DNA of 63,778 nt, the filler included, from Stramenopiles sp. TOSAG23-3 (taxonomy: Eukaryota): the NCBI GenBank assembly GCA_900128585.1. It is 7 parts of 7 records of this genome, joined end to end, with 100 filler letters (N's around TTAATTAATTAA, not from the genome) between each part and the next. Parts side by side here need not be neighbours in the genome. Positions count along the whole stretch, not along the records: positions 1 to 26,461 come from LT642274.1; positions 26,562 to 52,935 come from LT642275.1; 5 more parts are not named here. One strand, 5' to 3'. A program made the translations under genes and the position numbers. Positions 20,625 to 30,905 of the stretch are shown piece by piece; position 1 is the stretch's first letter, and each line of letters opens with the position of its first letter. The notes beneath the pieces were generated by a model that was not told where the DNA came from, searched no databases, and saw only the letters and a list, made by a program, of their open reading frames with translations.

Positions 20625-22562
20625 ATGGAGAACCCACAGCTTGTTGGGCGCGGTCACGCCGATCCAAAAATATCCCAGCTACTATTTTTCTCGGAACATG
20701 TAAAGCAGCCCGTGTCCACTCCTCCGGGTGTAATGCTCCTGTTGTCCAATATTCCGACCGGCTTGGGTGCGGACCAGATCCACGATACGTTTGAACTGTT
20801 TGGACCCATATTGTACTGTAGATTGCTGCTCAACGCGGCACCCCCTGGAGACAGAGGGCGAGGGCACAGCCCAGACTGCTGTGTAATTGTATTTAAATCT
20901 TCAGAGGCAGTTGTCACCGCACTATCGTACAACGAATTAATTATTTTAGATCGTCCGGTGTATTTGCACTCAGTCGGCCCCGATGGCGTGCAGCTGGCGA
21001 AATTGGTGAGAAATGAGAATTCCGAGGACGCCGTAGAAGAAAAAAAGTCAGAGCAAAAAACCGATCGAGGGGAAACCGCAGAGAGCACTACTATTGTGAC
21101 CAGGCCAGCGGCGGACAGGTCGGAAACGGAAGGAGACCCTGGCCTACCGGAAGAATCGGGGGCGAAAGAAAAGGAAATTGTTGTTGAAAATAGTTCTGCT
21201 CGGGGAGTTCGAAAGGACAAAGTGGGCGTGAAGGAATCAAAGTGCGACGAGGGTGCCGTTTCTCCACATTTAGACTCAGCAGGAACGGACAAAGTGGGCG
21301 TAAAAACCAACGCTACCCCTCCTAGCAGCAAGGGTAAGGATAGAATTAGCGCGAGGAAGAGCCCGAATGCTCCCAGCCCATCTCGGAATAGGAACTCGAA
21401 GGGAAAACGGGTGGAAGGTGCACACGCCGAGAGAGCGACGGTGGCAAAGAAAGGAACCGCTAGGCAAAATGCCAAAGACGCACAGGGGGCTACCAGGCCC
21501 TCTCACACCAAAGGACAAGCCGCAAAACCTACTACTGCAGGAAAGGCCAACAGTCACCATGGGAAAGAAAAGCCCGCCAAAGTTTCGGGAAAGCCTCAGG
21601 CAGCCGTCAGAAAGGGTACTTTTAAATTGAAAGGGGCGAATATGAAAATTGAACAAAGTAAACTTGCGGCAATCGCAAACACGAAGGCAAACACGAAATC
21701 GACCAAAGCCCGGGACAAAAAATCGGCCAAATCGGGAGACCGTGATCGCACGGATCTCAGAAATTCGGAGAAGAAGGGCGTCGTCCACTCGGTGAAACCG
21801 TCGCATGCAAAAGCCAAGCCGCAAGCCCGAAAAGCGCAGCAGTCCAGACCCGCTGCGATGACAAATAAGAAATCTCCAACCAAACTTTCCATTTCTTCAG
21901 ATGCGAAAACAAAAACACCCCAGCGTGCCGCCAAAAAGAAAAATGACAGAAAAAACAGCTCGGTGGGGCAGAAACGATCGCTGGGTTCAGGGGGCAGACG
22001 GAAAAATCAAGATCATGCGGGCAAGTCCTTGCCAGAAAGTCACCAGAGTTTGCCAAAGACCTTCTTTCCGAAAGAGGCGAGTGGACACTATAGCAGCCCG
22101 ATAAACAGTTTCCTGCCTGCTGGTGCTGGAAAGCGTGGTGGAAACAAAAAGCCTGTCAGTACCGGAAGCTTCCACCAGGGCCCCTCTTCAATGAAGAACT
22201 CAAGGAAACAGAATGTTCACAGCTTTGATAAGAAGCACCCTGGAAAATTTTCCTTTAAAAACACTTTTGGAAAATCTCAAGGGCGCAAAAAATTGCAACA
22301 AGCAAAGCCTAAAAAGCCAATGTCCTCTTTTACCTCGAAGAACAAAAGTCCAAATGAGGCAAAGGGCCGCCTTGTCTTTGGTGAGGAATGTGGCCTTGGG
22401 TCGGATGCTAAAACAGGACGGTACGTCGTCGGAGGCCAAAGCGAAAAGTCTGAGTTTAGACGCAACAGTACAATAGGTTCAAAGTCAAGTGATTTTGATA
22501 GTCAACAGCTGATGTACGGTCGTGTGGAAAAACGCAACGGCCGGAAGTTACTGTTCTTTTGA
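20625..22562 (+). CDS. RRM-like domain protein with a long Lys/Ser-rich disordered tail
   Basis: LLLSNIP...IHDTFELFGPI...CVIVF...A..AL...ILDRPVYL follows the RRM pattern; the rest is low complexity. Confidence 0.6.
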   Translation: MENPQLVGRGHADPKISQLLFFSEHVKQPVSTPPGVMLLLSNIPTGLGADQIHDTFELFGPILYCRLLLNAAPPGDRGRGHSPDCCVIVFKSSEAVVTALSYNELIILDRPVYLHSVGPDGVQLAKLVRNENSEDAVEEKKSEQKTDRGETAESTTIVTRPAADRSETEGDPGLPEESGAKEKEIVVENSSARGVRKDKVGVKESKCDEGAVSPHLDSAGTDKVGVKTNATPPSSKGKDRISARKSPNAPSPSRNRNSKGKRVEGAHAERATVAKKGTARQNAKDAQGATRPSHTKGQAAKPTTAGKANSHHGKEKPAKVSGKPQAAVRKGTFKLKGANMKIEQSKLAAIANTKANTKSTKARDKKSAKSGDRDRTDLRNSEKKGVVHSVKPSHAKAKPQARKAQQSRPAAMTNKKSPTKLSISSDAKTKTPQRAAKKKNDRKNSSVGQKRSLGSGGRRKNQDHAGKSLPESHQSLPKTFFPKEASGHYSSPINSFLPAGAGKRGGNKKPVSTGSFHQGPSSMKNSRKQNVHSFDKKHPGKFSFKNTFGKSQGRKKLQQAKPKKPMSSFTSKNKSPNEAKGRLVFGEECGLGSDAKTGRYVVGGQSEKSEFRRNSTIGSKSSDFDSQQLMYGRVEKRNGRKLLFF

Positions 22563-23477
22563 GCAATAGTGAGTTGCGTTAAGAAAGAAAGTGGTTAGTT
22601 TAACAGTTTTAAAATAAAAAATCATGAATGGAGCGATTAGTAAAATCAAAAGAGCAAAGATAAGTTCGCAGTACACCTCTGAAGGAATGTAAACCTCGAA
22701 ATCTAAATCTAGAGTTCAGTTCGCAGTACATTAATTTTAATTACTTAAATAACNNNNNNNNNNNNNNNNNNNNNNNNNNNNNNNNNNNNNNNNNNAATAG
22801 AGAGCTGACAACGAACGTTTGCCGAAAACACAGTCATAGGAAACACCGAAACGCTTTATAAGTATAAAAGTTGTATTGTGAGCTTGTATTTCTGAATAGA
22901 TCTAAAATTTAGGCTGTTTATTGTAAAATATCCTGTTTTGTAGGTATAGGCAAAACGTGATGAAGTTAAGTATAAGAAGACCATATACTTGACGAAATAT
23001 CGTATAATTTAACTATATGATATTTCTGTAATTAGATCTCGTTCGTTTAGCTATTTAAAAGTTGTTTTGTAAATAGTGAAAACGAAAGTGTCATAAGTAT
23101 AAACACTTGTATACTTAAAATAATTTTAGTATACACATTTTTATATTTATGACACTTTTGTTTTATCTATTTAAAAATTGGTTTTAGTATACACTTGTTT
23201 ATATTTAGGAAACTTTGTTATACCTATGATGAAGGTTTTAAGGCAGGCATATTTTCCCGGTTTTCAAGATAAAATAATTAGAACCCAAATAGAAATTTCC
23301 AAGTTGTACTAGTTCATATAGTTCATATTTATTCCTATGTATAAATTCATATTATACTATGTCGTATTTTAAAGTATATATTTCCTATACGGATGCTGTA
23401 TAACGTTATAAATAAAAGGTGCTGTATATATATATAAGCAAATAGTAGATTAATCAACAATTTTCGCTAAATATATA

Positions 23478-24737
23478 TTAGAAATTTAGCCCACGTTTGG
23501 TAATCTCGTTCCGCAACATCACTTCCAGTCCTTGTTGGAACGGGGCAAGTAACTGATTTTCCTGTTGTGCCTGTTCGTTTGCGTAGCAAATGTGCTCAAA
23601 CTCCATCTCCAATAGTGCATCAGACATGTTGCCAACAAATGTCGACGAAATTTGGTTCTTGTCATGAACTGTTTTAAAATTATTCAACAAGCAAGAAAGT
23701 TGCAACAGTTCTTGGCGCTTGACCGGATCATGACACAACTTCATCTTGAGTGTTCCTGGCTCTTGGAAAATGCGCATGCCATGTTCTACGGATTGTCGCA
23801 ACGAAACCAATGCAGGGCCATTGTCCGTTGCTTCAAGGCGCGTTTTATTTAGCGGGAGCATTCCTGAAACGTCGGCAAAGGCTTTGTCTGCCAATATTTT
23901 TTCCACTGGGTTACATGTTCTTAAATGTGAGTAGAGGGGTAGAGTTGCAGCTGAATCATGAGTATTCCCAAGAAGATTCACATTGTACCAACGAATTCGC
24001 CCCGTGACATCAAATAGGATGACATTGTTTACCACCTGTCGCTTTAACCAGCCACTGTGATGAGCATTTTGTATGTCTTGGTCGCCTGATCTAACCACAT
24101 TTAATTTGCACCCATCAATAAAACCCCACACCTGCTCATCTCCAATGAGGCCACGGTATTTCTCTGACGCAATATCAGCTAGCACTGCCCTCTCATCAGA
24201 AGATGGAAAGGTCACTCTTGAATCAGGGTGATCAAGAAGTGCGGCAAGAAGTACCGCCCTAGCAAGGACTAAGATACGGCTGGTTTTTCTGGGGTGTATC
24301 CCAAACAATAGGCTGCATGTTTCTTGGTTTGCGCAATTATAAAACCAAAACAAGAAACAAGCCAAGCAATCAGATGAGCATAACGTTGTGGATGGGGGCT
24401 CCCTTTTATAAAAAGCCAACTTGCCCTGGTGATTAATCTTTGCATACCGATGAATAGGAGAAAAAATTGCCGCCAATTTTGCAAAGGTGGTTGTTGTCAT
24501 TTTCAAGAATTTCATATAAAACGCAGAATTTCCTAACCCTCTGTGCAACGGCGAGTTATAGAAACCAGAATAAACAGGGCTTGTGACCGGTATGTAGTCC
24601 ATTCTCTCAAATGTTCTTGTGCGGAGCACGGCATTCAGCATTATCAAATCTTCCACCTCCTCCTCATTGTCTTCAATGATTTCAATTAATATAAAATATG
24701 GCAGAAGATTCCGTACGTCTTGGTTGCTTAGATCCAT
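23478..24737 (-). CDS. PIF/Harbinger DDE transposase (DDE_Tnp_4/HARBI1-like)
   Basis: HTH-like CSLLFGIHPRKTSRIL, then catalytic-region motifs WGFIDGC, QNAHHSGW, GNTHDS, ILADKAF, RQSVEHGMRIFQ. The ORF is intact. Confidence 0.9.
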   Translation of the reverse strand: MDLSNQDVRNLLPYFILIEIIEDNEEEVEDLIMLNAVLRTRTFERMDYIPVTSPVYSGFYNSPLHRGLGNSAFYMKFLKMTTTTFAKLAAIFSPIHRYAKINHQGKLAFYKREPPSTTLCSSDCLACFLFWFYNCANQETCSLLFGIHPRKTSRILVLARAVLLAALLDHPDSRVTFPSSDERAVLADIASEKYRGLIGDEQVWGFIDGCKLNVVRSGDQDIQNAHHSGWLKRQVVNNVILFDVTGRIRWYNVNLLGNTHDSAATLPLYSHLRTCNPVEKILADKAFADVSGMLPLNKTRLEATDNGPALVSLRQSVEHGMRIFQEPGTLKMKLCHDPVKRQELLQLSCLLNNFKTVHDKNQISSTFVGNMSDALLEMEFEHICYANEQAQQENQLLAPFQQGLEVMLRNEITKRGLNF

Positions 24738-25476
24738 GATTTAATTTGATTGTGCTTTGATGTCTTTAAAGAGTTGATTTCTTTTATGCATTGTTTTTAT
24801 TTACACTTAACTTTTGGAAATCCAATATCTCTTGTTGAAATTACTGTAGAAAAGCAGTTGATTAAACAAACGTTTTGCTTCGTCTCTCTTCATTCTATTT
24901 TTTTATATACGTATGCTGTGTTTATTCATATTTTATTTCTTTTCACATTTTTCATTTTCAATTAAAAGTATATTTATTGATATACTGTTTTAAAATATCC
25001 TATGATTATCTCTAAAGTAGTGGATAATATAACAATAGTAAGGCAAATGAAACTGCACATAAATATACATGGTAATAGCACTTTGGGGAGCATTGTTGGG
25101 AATTTCCTATGTTATGCCCATGCTTTATGTGGACACGCACCTGCACAAAATAATTACACTATTTTTATACTTATATGTATCTACACCTATAACGTATGAA
25201 ATCACGCACTGTTTGTTCCAGTTTTGTTATTCCAATTTTTATACAGATACAGTAACACCGTAACACCATAGGCCAGAAAAACAGAGACGAAGAAGAAGAA
25301 AAAGTAGTAGTGGTTGAAAACTTTTACCGACTGCATGCATGGTGAAAGTAGTGTGTTCACATTTTTATTACTACTGTATGGGTTGCAAAATGAAACATCT
25401 AAAGTTTACATATTTTTTTTCGCTTATAAATGCGACAAAGTTCAAAACAAAATAAGAAACAAATCAACGCACAACA

Positions 25477-26196
25477 ATGCCGAAATTAACAAGAGACAAA
25501 GCACCGTCCAAACAGAAGAAGAAGAAGATTGGGAAGACAGTCATGCCGTCGTCATCTGCACCAATGGACTGGAGATCAAGCACAGGGCAACAATTGAAAA
25601 GGGAAATGTTACGCCTTTACGATTGCAATTTTGAGGCTATGGCCGGGGAAGCGGGTGCGAGGCGAATGCTAACTCCTTTTGTATCAGCAAACCTTCCGGA
25701 AAACCCAGGACTAACCGTGCAGAAGTGTCGGGCAATGTTCAGAAAGCTTTGTCGCCAACTACCCCCCACGGGAAACGCCGCCATTCCTTGGGATGTGAAC
25801 ATTGCAAAAAAGATTGCTGAAAAGCAGCAACAGTTCGCCGCCAACTCTGATATTACGAGTTCTGGCTCTGGATCTTCACCATTTTCAACTGCGTCGAACA
25901 CTCCAGGAGATTTGTGGTTGCCATCGCCATACACACCGCCAGAAGATGATCCATATGGCCTTGAGCTCTTGACCTCAGGGGACAAAACAAGCCGACCGTA
26001 CGTTCACAAAAAGAAGCGCAAGAATCCAATGGAAGCTGTGAACCGCTACCTTGAAATGAAAGCAAATGCGGCTATGCAGAACCAGGTGGAGCAACAGTAC
26101 CCATGTGGGCGAGAAGGTAATAACCATGATGGGGTAATGACCCCGGATGGTAAATTTATCGTTTGCAAACGCTGCTTTAGAAAAGATCCTCTATAA
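25477..26196 (+). CDS. Probable Harbinger accessory DNA-binding protein (Myb/SANT-trihelix-like) with a C-terminal Cys/His cluster
   Basis: NLS-like KQKKKK, then W...MLRLY...LTVQKCRAMFRKL, ending C..H..CKRC. It sits next to the transposase. Confidence 0.55.
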   Translation: MPKLTRDKAPSKQKKKKIGKTVMPSSSAPMDWRSSTGQQLKREMLRLYDCNFEAMAGEAGARRMLTPFVSANLPENPGLTVQKCRAMFRKLCRQLPPTGNAAIPWDVNIAKKIAEKQQQFAANSDITSSGSGSSPFSTASNTPGDLWLPSPYTPPEDDPYGLELLTSGDKTSRPYVHKKKRKNPMEAVNRYLEMKANAAMQNQVEQQYPCGREGNNHDGVMTPDGKFIVCKRCFRKDPL

Positions 26197-26461
26197 CATA
26201 TTTAACCATGGGTGGGTTTCACGTTTCAAGTCGTTGACTTTGTCTTTGCCTCATCTTCCTTTATATTTTGTAGTAAAATCCCTTAATACTCTTTTTAAAA
26301 AAATTTTTAAGTTTGTTCAACGTGTTTGTTCTAGATTCAGAACAAACACTTTTTCGGTCCTTACAAAAAATAATATATATAAATAGTATTACGTTTATTT
26401 TACTCTTGTGCAGTGTAATTTTAGTTAAGGAAAACTACATCAAAATAAAGTTTGTTTGGAT

Positions 26462-26561
26462 NNNNNNNNNNNNNNNNNNNNNNNNNNNNNNNNNNNNNNN
26501 NNNNNTTAATTAATTAANNNNNNNNNNNNNNNNNNNNNNNNNNNNNNNNNNNNNNNNNNNN
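26462..26561. other. Artificial contig linker
   Basis: N44-TTAATTAATTAA-N44 (stops in all six frames). Confidence 0.97.
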
Positions 26562-26934
26562 CTGAGTTCCGGCGCGCTCTTTCAACGCCTGCGCGTCTGC
26601 ACGTTTTGGTTCTGCGTGCCTCCCAGGATTGGGGGAGGAAGAGTGATTTTGTATTTTATTATTATAATAAATAGTTATTACATATACATAATAATATAGA
26701 AATACAAAGGATTTTATGAGGCGATTTTATTATTTTTATATTATACGTGAGATCTATTTGAACTAGTATATTTGTACTATGTTATAGTTGATACTATACG
26801 AGTAGTTTAAATGAAGAGAAGCGAAAGCGAAAGGGTTGAGGAAGGAAGAAACAGTTGTGAATGGAAATATAAAAGAGGCGGGTGTTGTTGCTTATTCAAT
26901 TAGTTTAAGTTTTGATTTGCACGACCATTCAACA

Positions 26935-27585
26935 ATGTTGGGACTGTTCTTGAAAGGGAGCGTTTTGGCCATAGTATTGGCATCGTCGGTAAAGGGCTTT
27001 GACGCCCGAAAGGTACCCCACGCTAAACAAGTTTCAAACGATGGGCCGTCCATAGAACACAGTATGTGCACGTCAAGCATTCGATTTTACAGCAGCTGTG
27101 ACGCAAAACAAGAGAATTTGGTATTGCTGGTCTCGAAGAGCAAAGGGCAGGCACTTCAACCTATCCACTCCAAGTATGCAGCGAAGATCAAGGCCGTGAA
27201 AGTACCTTTGGGCTGCAAAGCAACTTTGTATACAGACTCAGCGAAGTCAGAAAATTATTCCGCTGCCAAGAAAAGCTTGGGCCTCCTGCTGAAAGGCCCA
27301 GAGCTGAAATGCTTTGCTCAATTGAAGGTGGGGCACCACCGGGGAGAGGTTGGGTTTCTGTCCATCGGCATAGAGGATAACGTAGACATCGGCGTGGTTG
27401 CACACGAAATAGAAAGCGTCAAAGCGTCCATGGAAAAACGTATCGACTCGTTAGCCTCCACATTGGGGAAAGAGATTCTTGATCTCAAGAAAGACAACAC
27501 GATCTTGCGCAACAAATTGAACGACGTGGCTGCGAGGAAGGGACAGGGCAACAAAAAAAGCACGTTAGATAAATTACATACTTAG
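26935..27585 (+). CDS. Secreted protein with a beta/gamma-crystallin-like motif and a C-terminal coiled coil
   Basis: Signal peptide MLGLFLKGSVLAIVLASSVKG; IKAVKVPLGCKATLYTD motif; heptad-rich tail. Confidence 0.5.
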   Translation: MLGLFLKGSVLAIVLASSVKGFDARKVPHAKQVSNDGPSIEHSMCTSSIRFYSSCDAKQENLVLLVSKSKGQALQPIHSKYAAKIKAVKVPLGCKATLYTDSAKSENYSAAKKSLGLLLKGPELKCFAQLKVGHHRGEVGFLSIGIEDNVDIGVVAHEIESVKASMEKRIDSLASTLGKEILDLKKDNTILRNKLNDVAARKGQGNKKSTLDKLHT

Positions 27586-28119
27586 GCCTTAGTAAATAAA
27601 CTGATGATACATCTACTTCGAATAATTTTACTGATTCACATGAGATGGCAATACTTTTAAGATTAAATACGCCGGCTGTACTGTTGTAGAACCCTTCTCT
27701 TCGTTGTAATTATTAACGAGAAGTTATTACAATTGCTACGCTGCACCAATTATTGGATTTTGCATTTAAATTTACAGACGGTTACTGATGAAAGCATCAA
27801 TGACCGAAACTACAAAATAGATAACCCACCCTGTTTTGTTCGCTTTCGGGGATTTGTCGGGAGGGCCCAGCCGGAGTTCATTAAAAAGCTTCCGACCTTT
27901 CCCTCTTTGCTCCCCTGTTTAATAAAAAGTAAATTAGTGAAAATACGCAGCAGATCTGAATAACATTCTTTCAATCATTTCCCCCACCTATCTCTACTCG
28001 TACTAAATCTACCTCTGCGGGGTACGTACAGGTATTAATATTAATACCGGTACCGTACCTGGAACCGCACGGCATGACGGCAGTGCGTCGTGTTTTTAAA
28101 ATCTGCTGCTGGTCCTACG

Positions 28120-28605
28120 CTATGCCTTATTTTCATTGGAAGGGGACAGGGAGTAACCTTCAATTTGGTCATATACACAAGCTTTGCTGTACTCTGCAAA
28201 TGCCCCAGAAATCAGGTAATTGGCGTTCGTCACCCGCGATGCAGCAACGTCCCATATCGACGGGCTTTGGTAAATCTCACCACCCAAAATGTAATAGTAC
28301 GCAATCACGTACGTGTTAAACCCTTTGCGAAACTGCTTTACGACGGCATAGCAGTCATCCCCAACTTTTCGAAATCTATATTCAACTCCCGGGAGGTTTG
28401 GGTCTCTCTCTATCTGTTCCCAGGAAAATTCCCCCCTCCGAACTCGCTCATTCAACGGCTTTTCATCTTTTCCGTAGAATGCAGAGTCATAAAAAAAATG
28501 TTCTGCGGCAGTCTCGTTCTCTAGGCGAACCGGTCTCCCCAAGGTATGTTTGATATGAAAATTGTCTACGTGCTCGTCCAGTGCCTCCCGAACGGAAGAC
28601 GACAT
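28120..28605 (-). CDS. MED6: Mediator complex subunit 6
   Basis: FFYDSAFY...GVEY...AVVKQFR...IAYYYILGGEIYQSPSIWDVAASRV matches the Med6 pattern. Confidence 0.8.
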   Translation of the reverse strand: MSSSVREALDEHVDNFHIKHTLGRPVRLENETAAEHFFYDSAFYGKDEKPLNERVRRGEFSWEQIERDPNLPGVEYRFRKVGDDCYAVVKQFRKGFNTYVIAYYYILGGEIYQSPSIWDVAASRVTNANYLISGAFAEYSKACVYDQIEGYSLSPSNENKA

Positions 28606-29364
28606 CTTTCACGTTTTGAAGAAACAATTCAGCAAAGAAATAAAACAAAACCAATGCGATAAAACCAAAACAAAACCGTAAACTTCACTTATAACGCAGA
28701 ATATCTACCTCATGTTATTTTAAAATCAGTTGTAAAGCAAATAAAACATAATAAACAATTAAAGTATCATTATATACTTGGTATATTGAAAGAAAAGAAA
28801 TAATATTTTAATAATAAATATTATTATTANNNNNNNNNNNNNNNNNNNNNNNNNNNNNNNNNNNNNNNNNNNNNNNNNNNNNNNNNNNNNNNNNNNNNNN
28901 NNNNNNNNNNNNNNNNNNNNNNNNNNNNNNNNNNNNNNNNNNNNNNNNNNNNNNNNNNNNNNNNNNNNNNNNNNNNNNNTACCAATTTATATATAGGATA
29001 TTATTACAAGTACAAAAAAACACATTGAATTTTATCGCAAAAACTTAAAATAGTTATTTGTAATATAACTTCCTATATAATTTGGTATAGTGACAACAGG
29101 CACAGGCAGCAGGTACGCGAACTCGACTAAAATCGAGGCTTAGTAACAACAGGCAATTACAATTGGGCGAAGTAGCAAAAGAAGGCACTAATGTGGACAA
29201 CTTTATAGTGTGCCCACATTTGTGCCCCTGTTGGTGGGTGGGTGCGAAACACCAGAATGTTAGAGAGAAATAGAGAGGGATAGGTTTTTGAAGAAAAGAA
29301 TGATTCAGGTCTAAAATAACAAAGAGCAACGAATTGCTGTGTTGTTTTATCTTGTTTTAAAATC

Positions 29365-30516
29365 ATGCGGCGCGTTTTTCTCCTGTTCGTGTGTGTCGTG
29401 GTGGTGCCATGCGTTATGGCGACCACCACCTGCGGCAGGGGGAATTACTCCGATGGTTCGGCCTGCAAAGAATGTTCCGTCAACACTTATAGTGATATCA
29501 CAAATGCCTCCGTCTGTGAGGCCTACTCAACGTGTCAGAAAGGTCGAAAGATTTTGTTCGAAGGAAGCAAGATGGCTGACCGTACTTGCGAGGCCTGTGC
29601 TTTTGGGAAATACACGAACCTTGTCGACCAAGTGAGCTGCAAACCATGGTCGGATTGCGATGCGGGAACCTTTGTGTTGGTTAATGGAACGGCCGACAAA
29701 GACCAACAGTGTACAACTTGCCCTTACGGGAAATACAGTACTACTAAAAACTCACTCTCGTGCTCCAGTCAACAGGTAGATTGTGATTCAGGGACGTACG
29801 TGAAATCAGAGGCAACTAGCAGCAGTCCTCGCGTCTGTTCCGCGTGCGACCCTGGCAAATTCACGTCAGGATTTCCTAACCAGCAAAGTTGCAAAACCTG
29901 GAGGGATTGTCCTGCTGGAACAGCCGTCAGTATGCAAGGGAGAGTGAACAAAAACCGAATGTGCGGCAACTGTCCGTCTGGCAGATTTACGGAATATGCG
30001 AATTCCGATTCTTGCAAAGCATTTAAAAAGGACCCCCGGTGCGAAGTCTGGGGGGAAGGAAACGCAACCTACGACCGTCAGTGTTTGAAAGAAAAAGAGA
30101 TCGAGTGGATTTGGATAGTGTCCTCGATCTCCATTACATTCATCATTGCAACGGCCAGTTTCTGCGTCTACCACGTAAAGCACTTGTCGCACCCGGACCG
30201 CCAGAAAAAGATTAAGCACATTACCAGAAGTTTTGTGAAACAAATGACCAAAGTGGGCGACGATGCCCCATCTGTAAACCCAGTGGGCCCGGCAAGTGGG
30301 GCAAACGACGACGTTCATCATGGGACGGAAGTACAGATTGAACTTCAAGCGGGCATGTTAGTCACTGTGAAAACGAACACTAAGCACAGGCGAGGGTCGA
30401 AGTGGGACCTTGTAAGGGGAAACAAGACTTTTTTCCACCATCCTGATATGGGAAAGACCGTGATGCAACTTGTAAAGGAAAACAAAGAGCGCAAAATGAG
30501 AGAAGGGGCCGTCTAA
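29365..30516 (+). CDS. Type I membrane protein with TNFR-Cys/ephrin-receptor-like repeats
   Basis: Signal peptide; repeated CxxCxxGKY/FT...CKPWSDCxAG...DxxC units; TM helix WIWIVSSISITFIIATASFCVY. Confidence 0.8.
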   Translation: MRRVFLLFVCVVVVPCVMATTTCGRGNYSDGSACKECSVNTYSDITNASVCEAYSTCQKGRKILFEGSKMADRTCEACAFGKYTNLVDQVSCKPWSDCDAGTFVLVNGTADKDQQCTTCPYGKYSTTKNSLSCSSQQVDCDSGTYVKSEATSSSPRVCSACDPGKFTSGFPNQQSCKTWRDCPAGTAVSMQGRVNKNRMCGNCPSGRFTEYANSDSCKAFKKDPRCEVWGEGNATYDRQCLKEKEIEWIWIVSSISITFIIATASFCVYHVKHLSHPDRQKKIKHITRSFVKQMTKVGDDAPSVNPVGPASGANDDVHHGTEVQIELQAGMLVTVKTNTKHRRGSKWDLVRGNKTFFHHPDMGKTVMQLVKENKERKMREGAV

Positions 30517-30905
30517 AAACAAAATAATTAGTGATAATAATAATGTGTGCCCCGTCTGTGCCCCATTTATTCATGTTATATATTAGGGTTATTATTAGAA
30601 TATTTTACTATTACCAAAAAGAAGCGCTCACATATTTTTGTCTCGTTTCTGCCATTTTTTGTGCCCCATCCTTAGCTTTCGAACCATTCGGAACATGCCG
30701 AAACGACACTTATAAAAAACTGGCATCAAAAGTAAATCAGAAAACTATTGAGAGAAGCGTGGAAACACAACGATGGATTGGAGATTTGTGATTAAATTAT
30801 TTTTTTTAAAATTACATAACAGCCAATTTTCTTGTTTTTAAATTAAGAATTTATAGGTTTTTTTTTTCAATAAAATTGTTTTTAATACGATGTATTCTTG
30901 CCGAT

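Larger units (their letters stand above)
22796..26461. mobile_element. PIF/Harbinger-superfamily DNA transposon (ends not identified)
   Basis: A DDE transposase and a small basic Myb/SANT-like ORF are arranged divergently in AT-rich DNA. The segment is bounded by an N gap and the contig end; no TIR or TSD is visible. Confidence 0.75.

Noticed and set aside
26506-26517. TTAATTAATTAA as a biological motif or TTAA target site
   Set aside because: It is always centred in N-runs of identical length, so it is a synthetic spacer. ORFs containing X that end there are artefacts.
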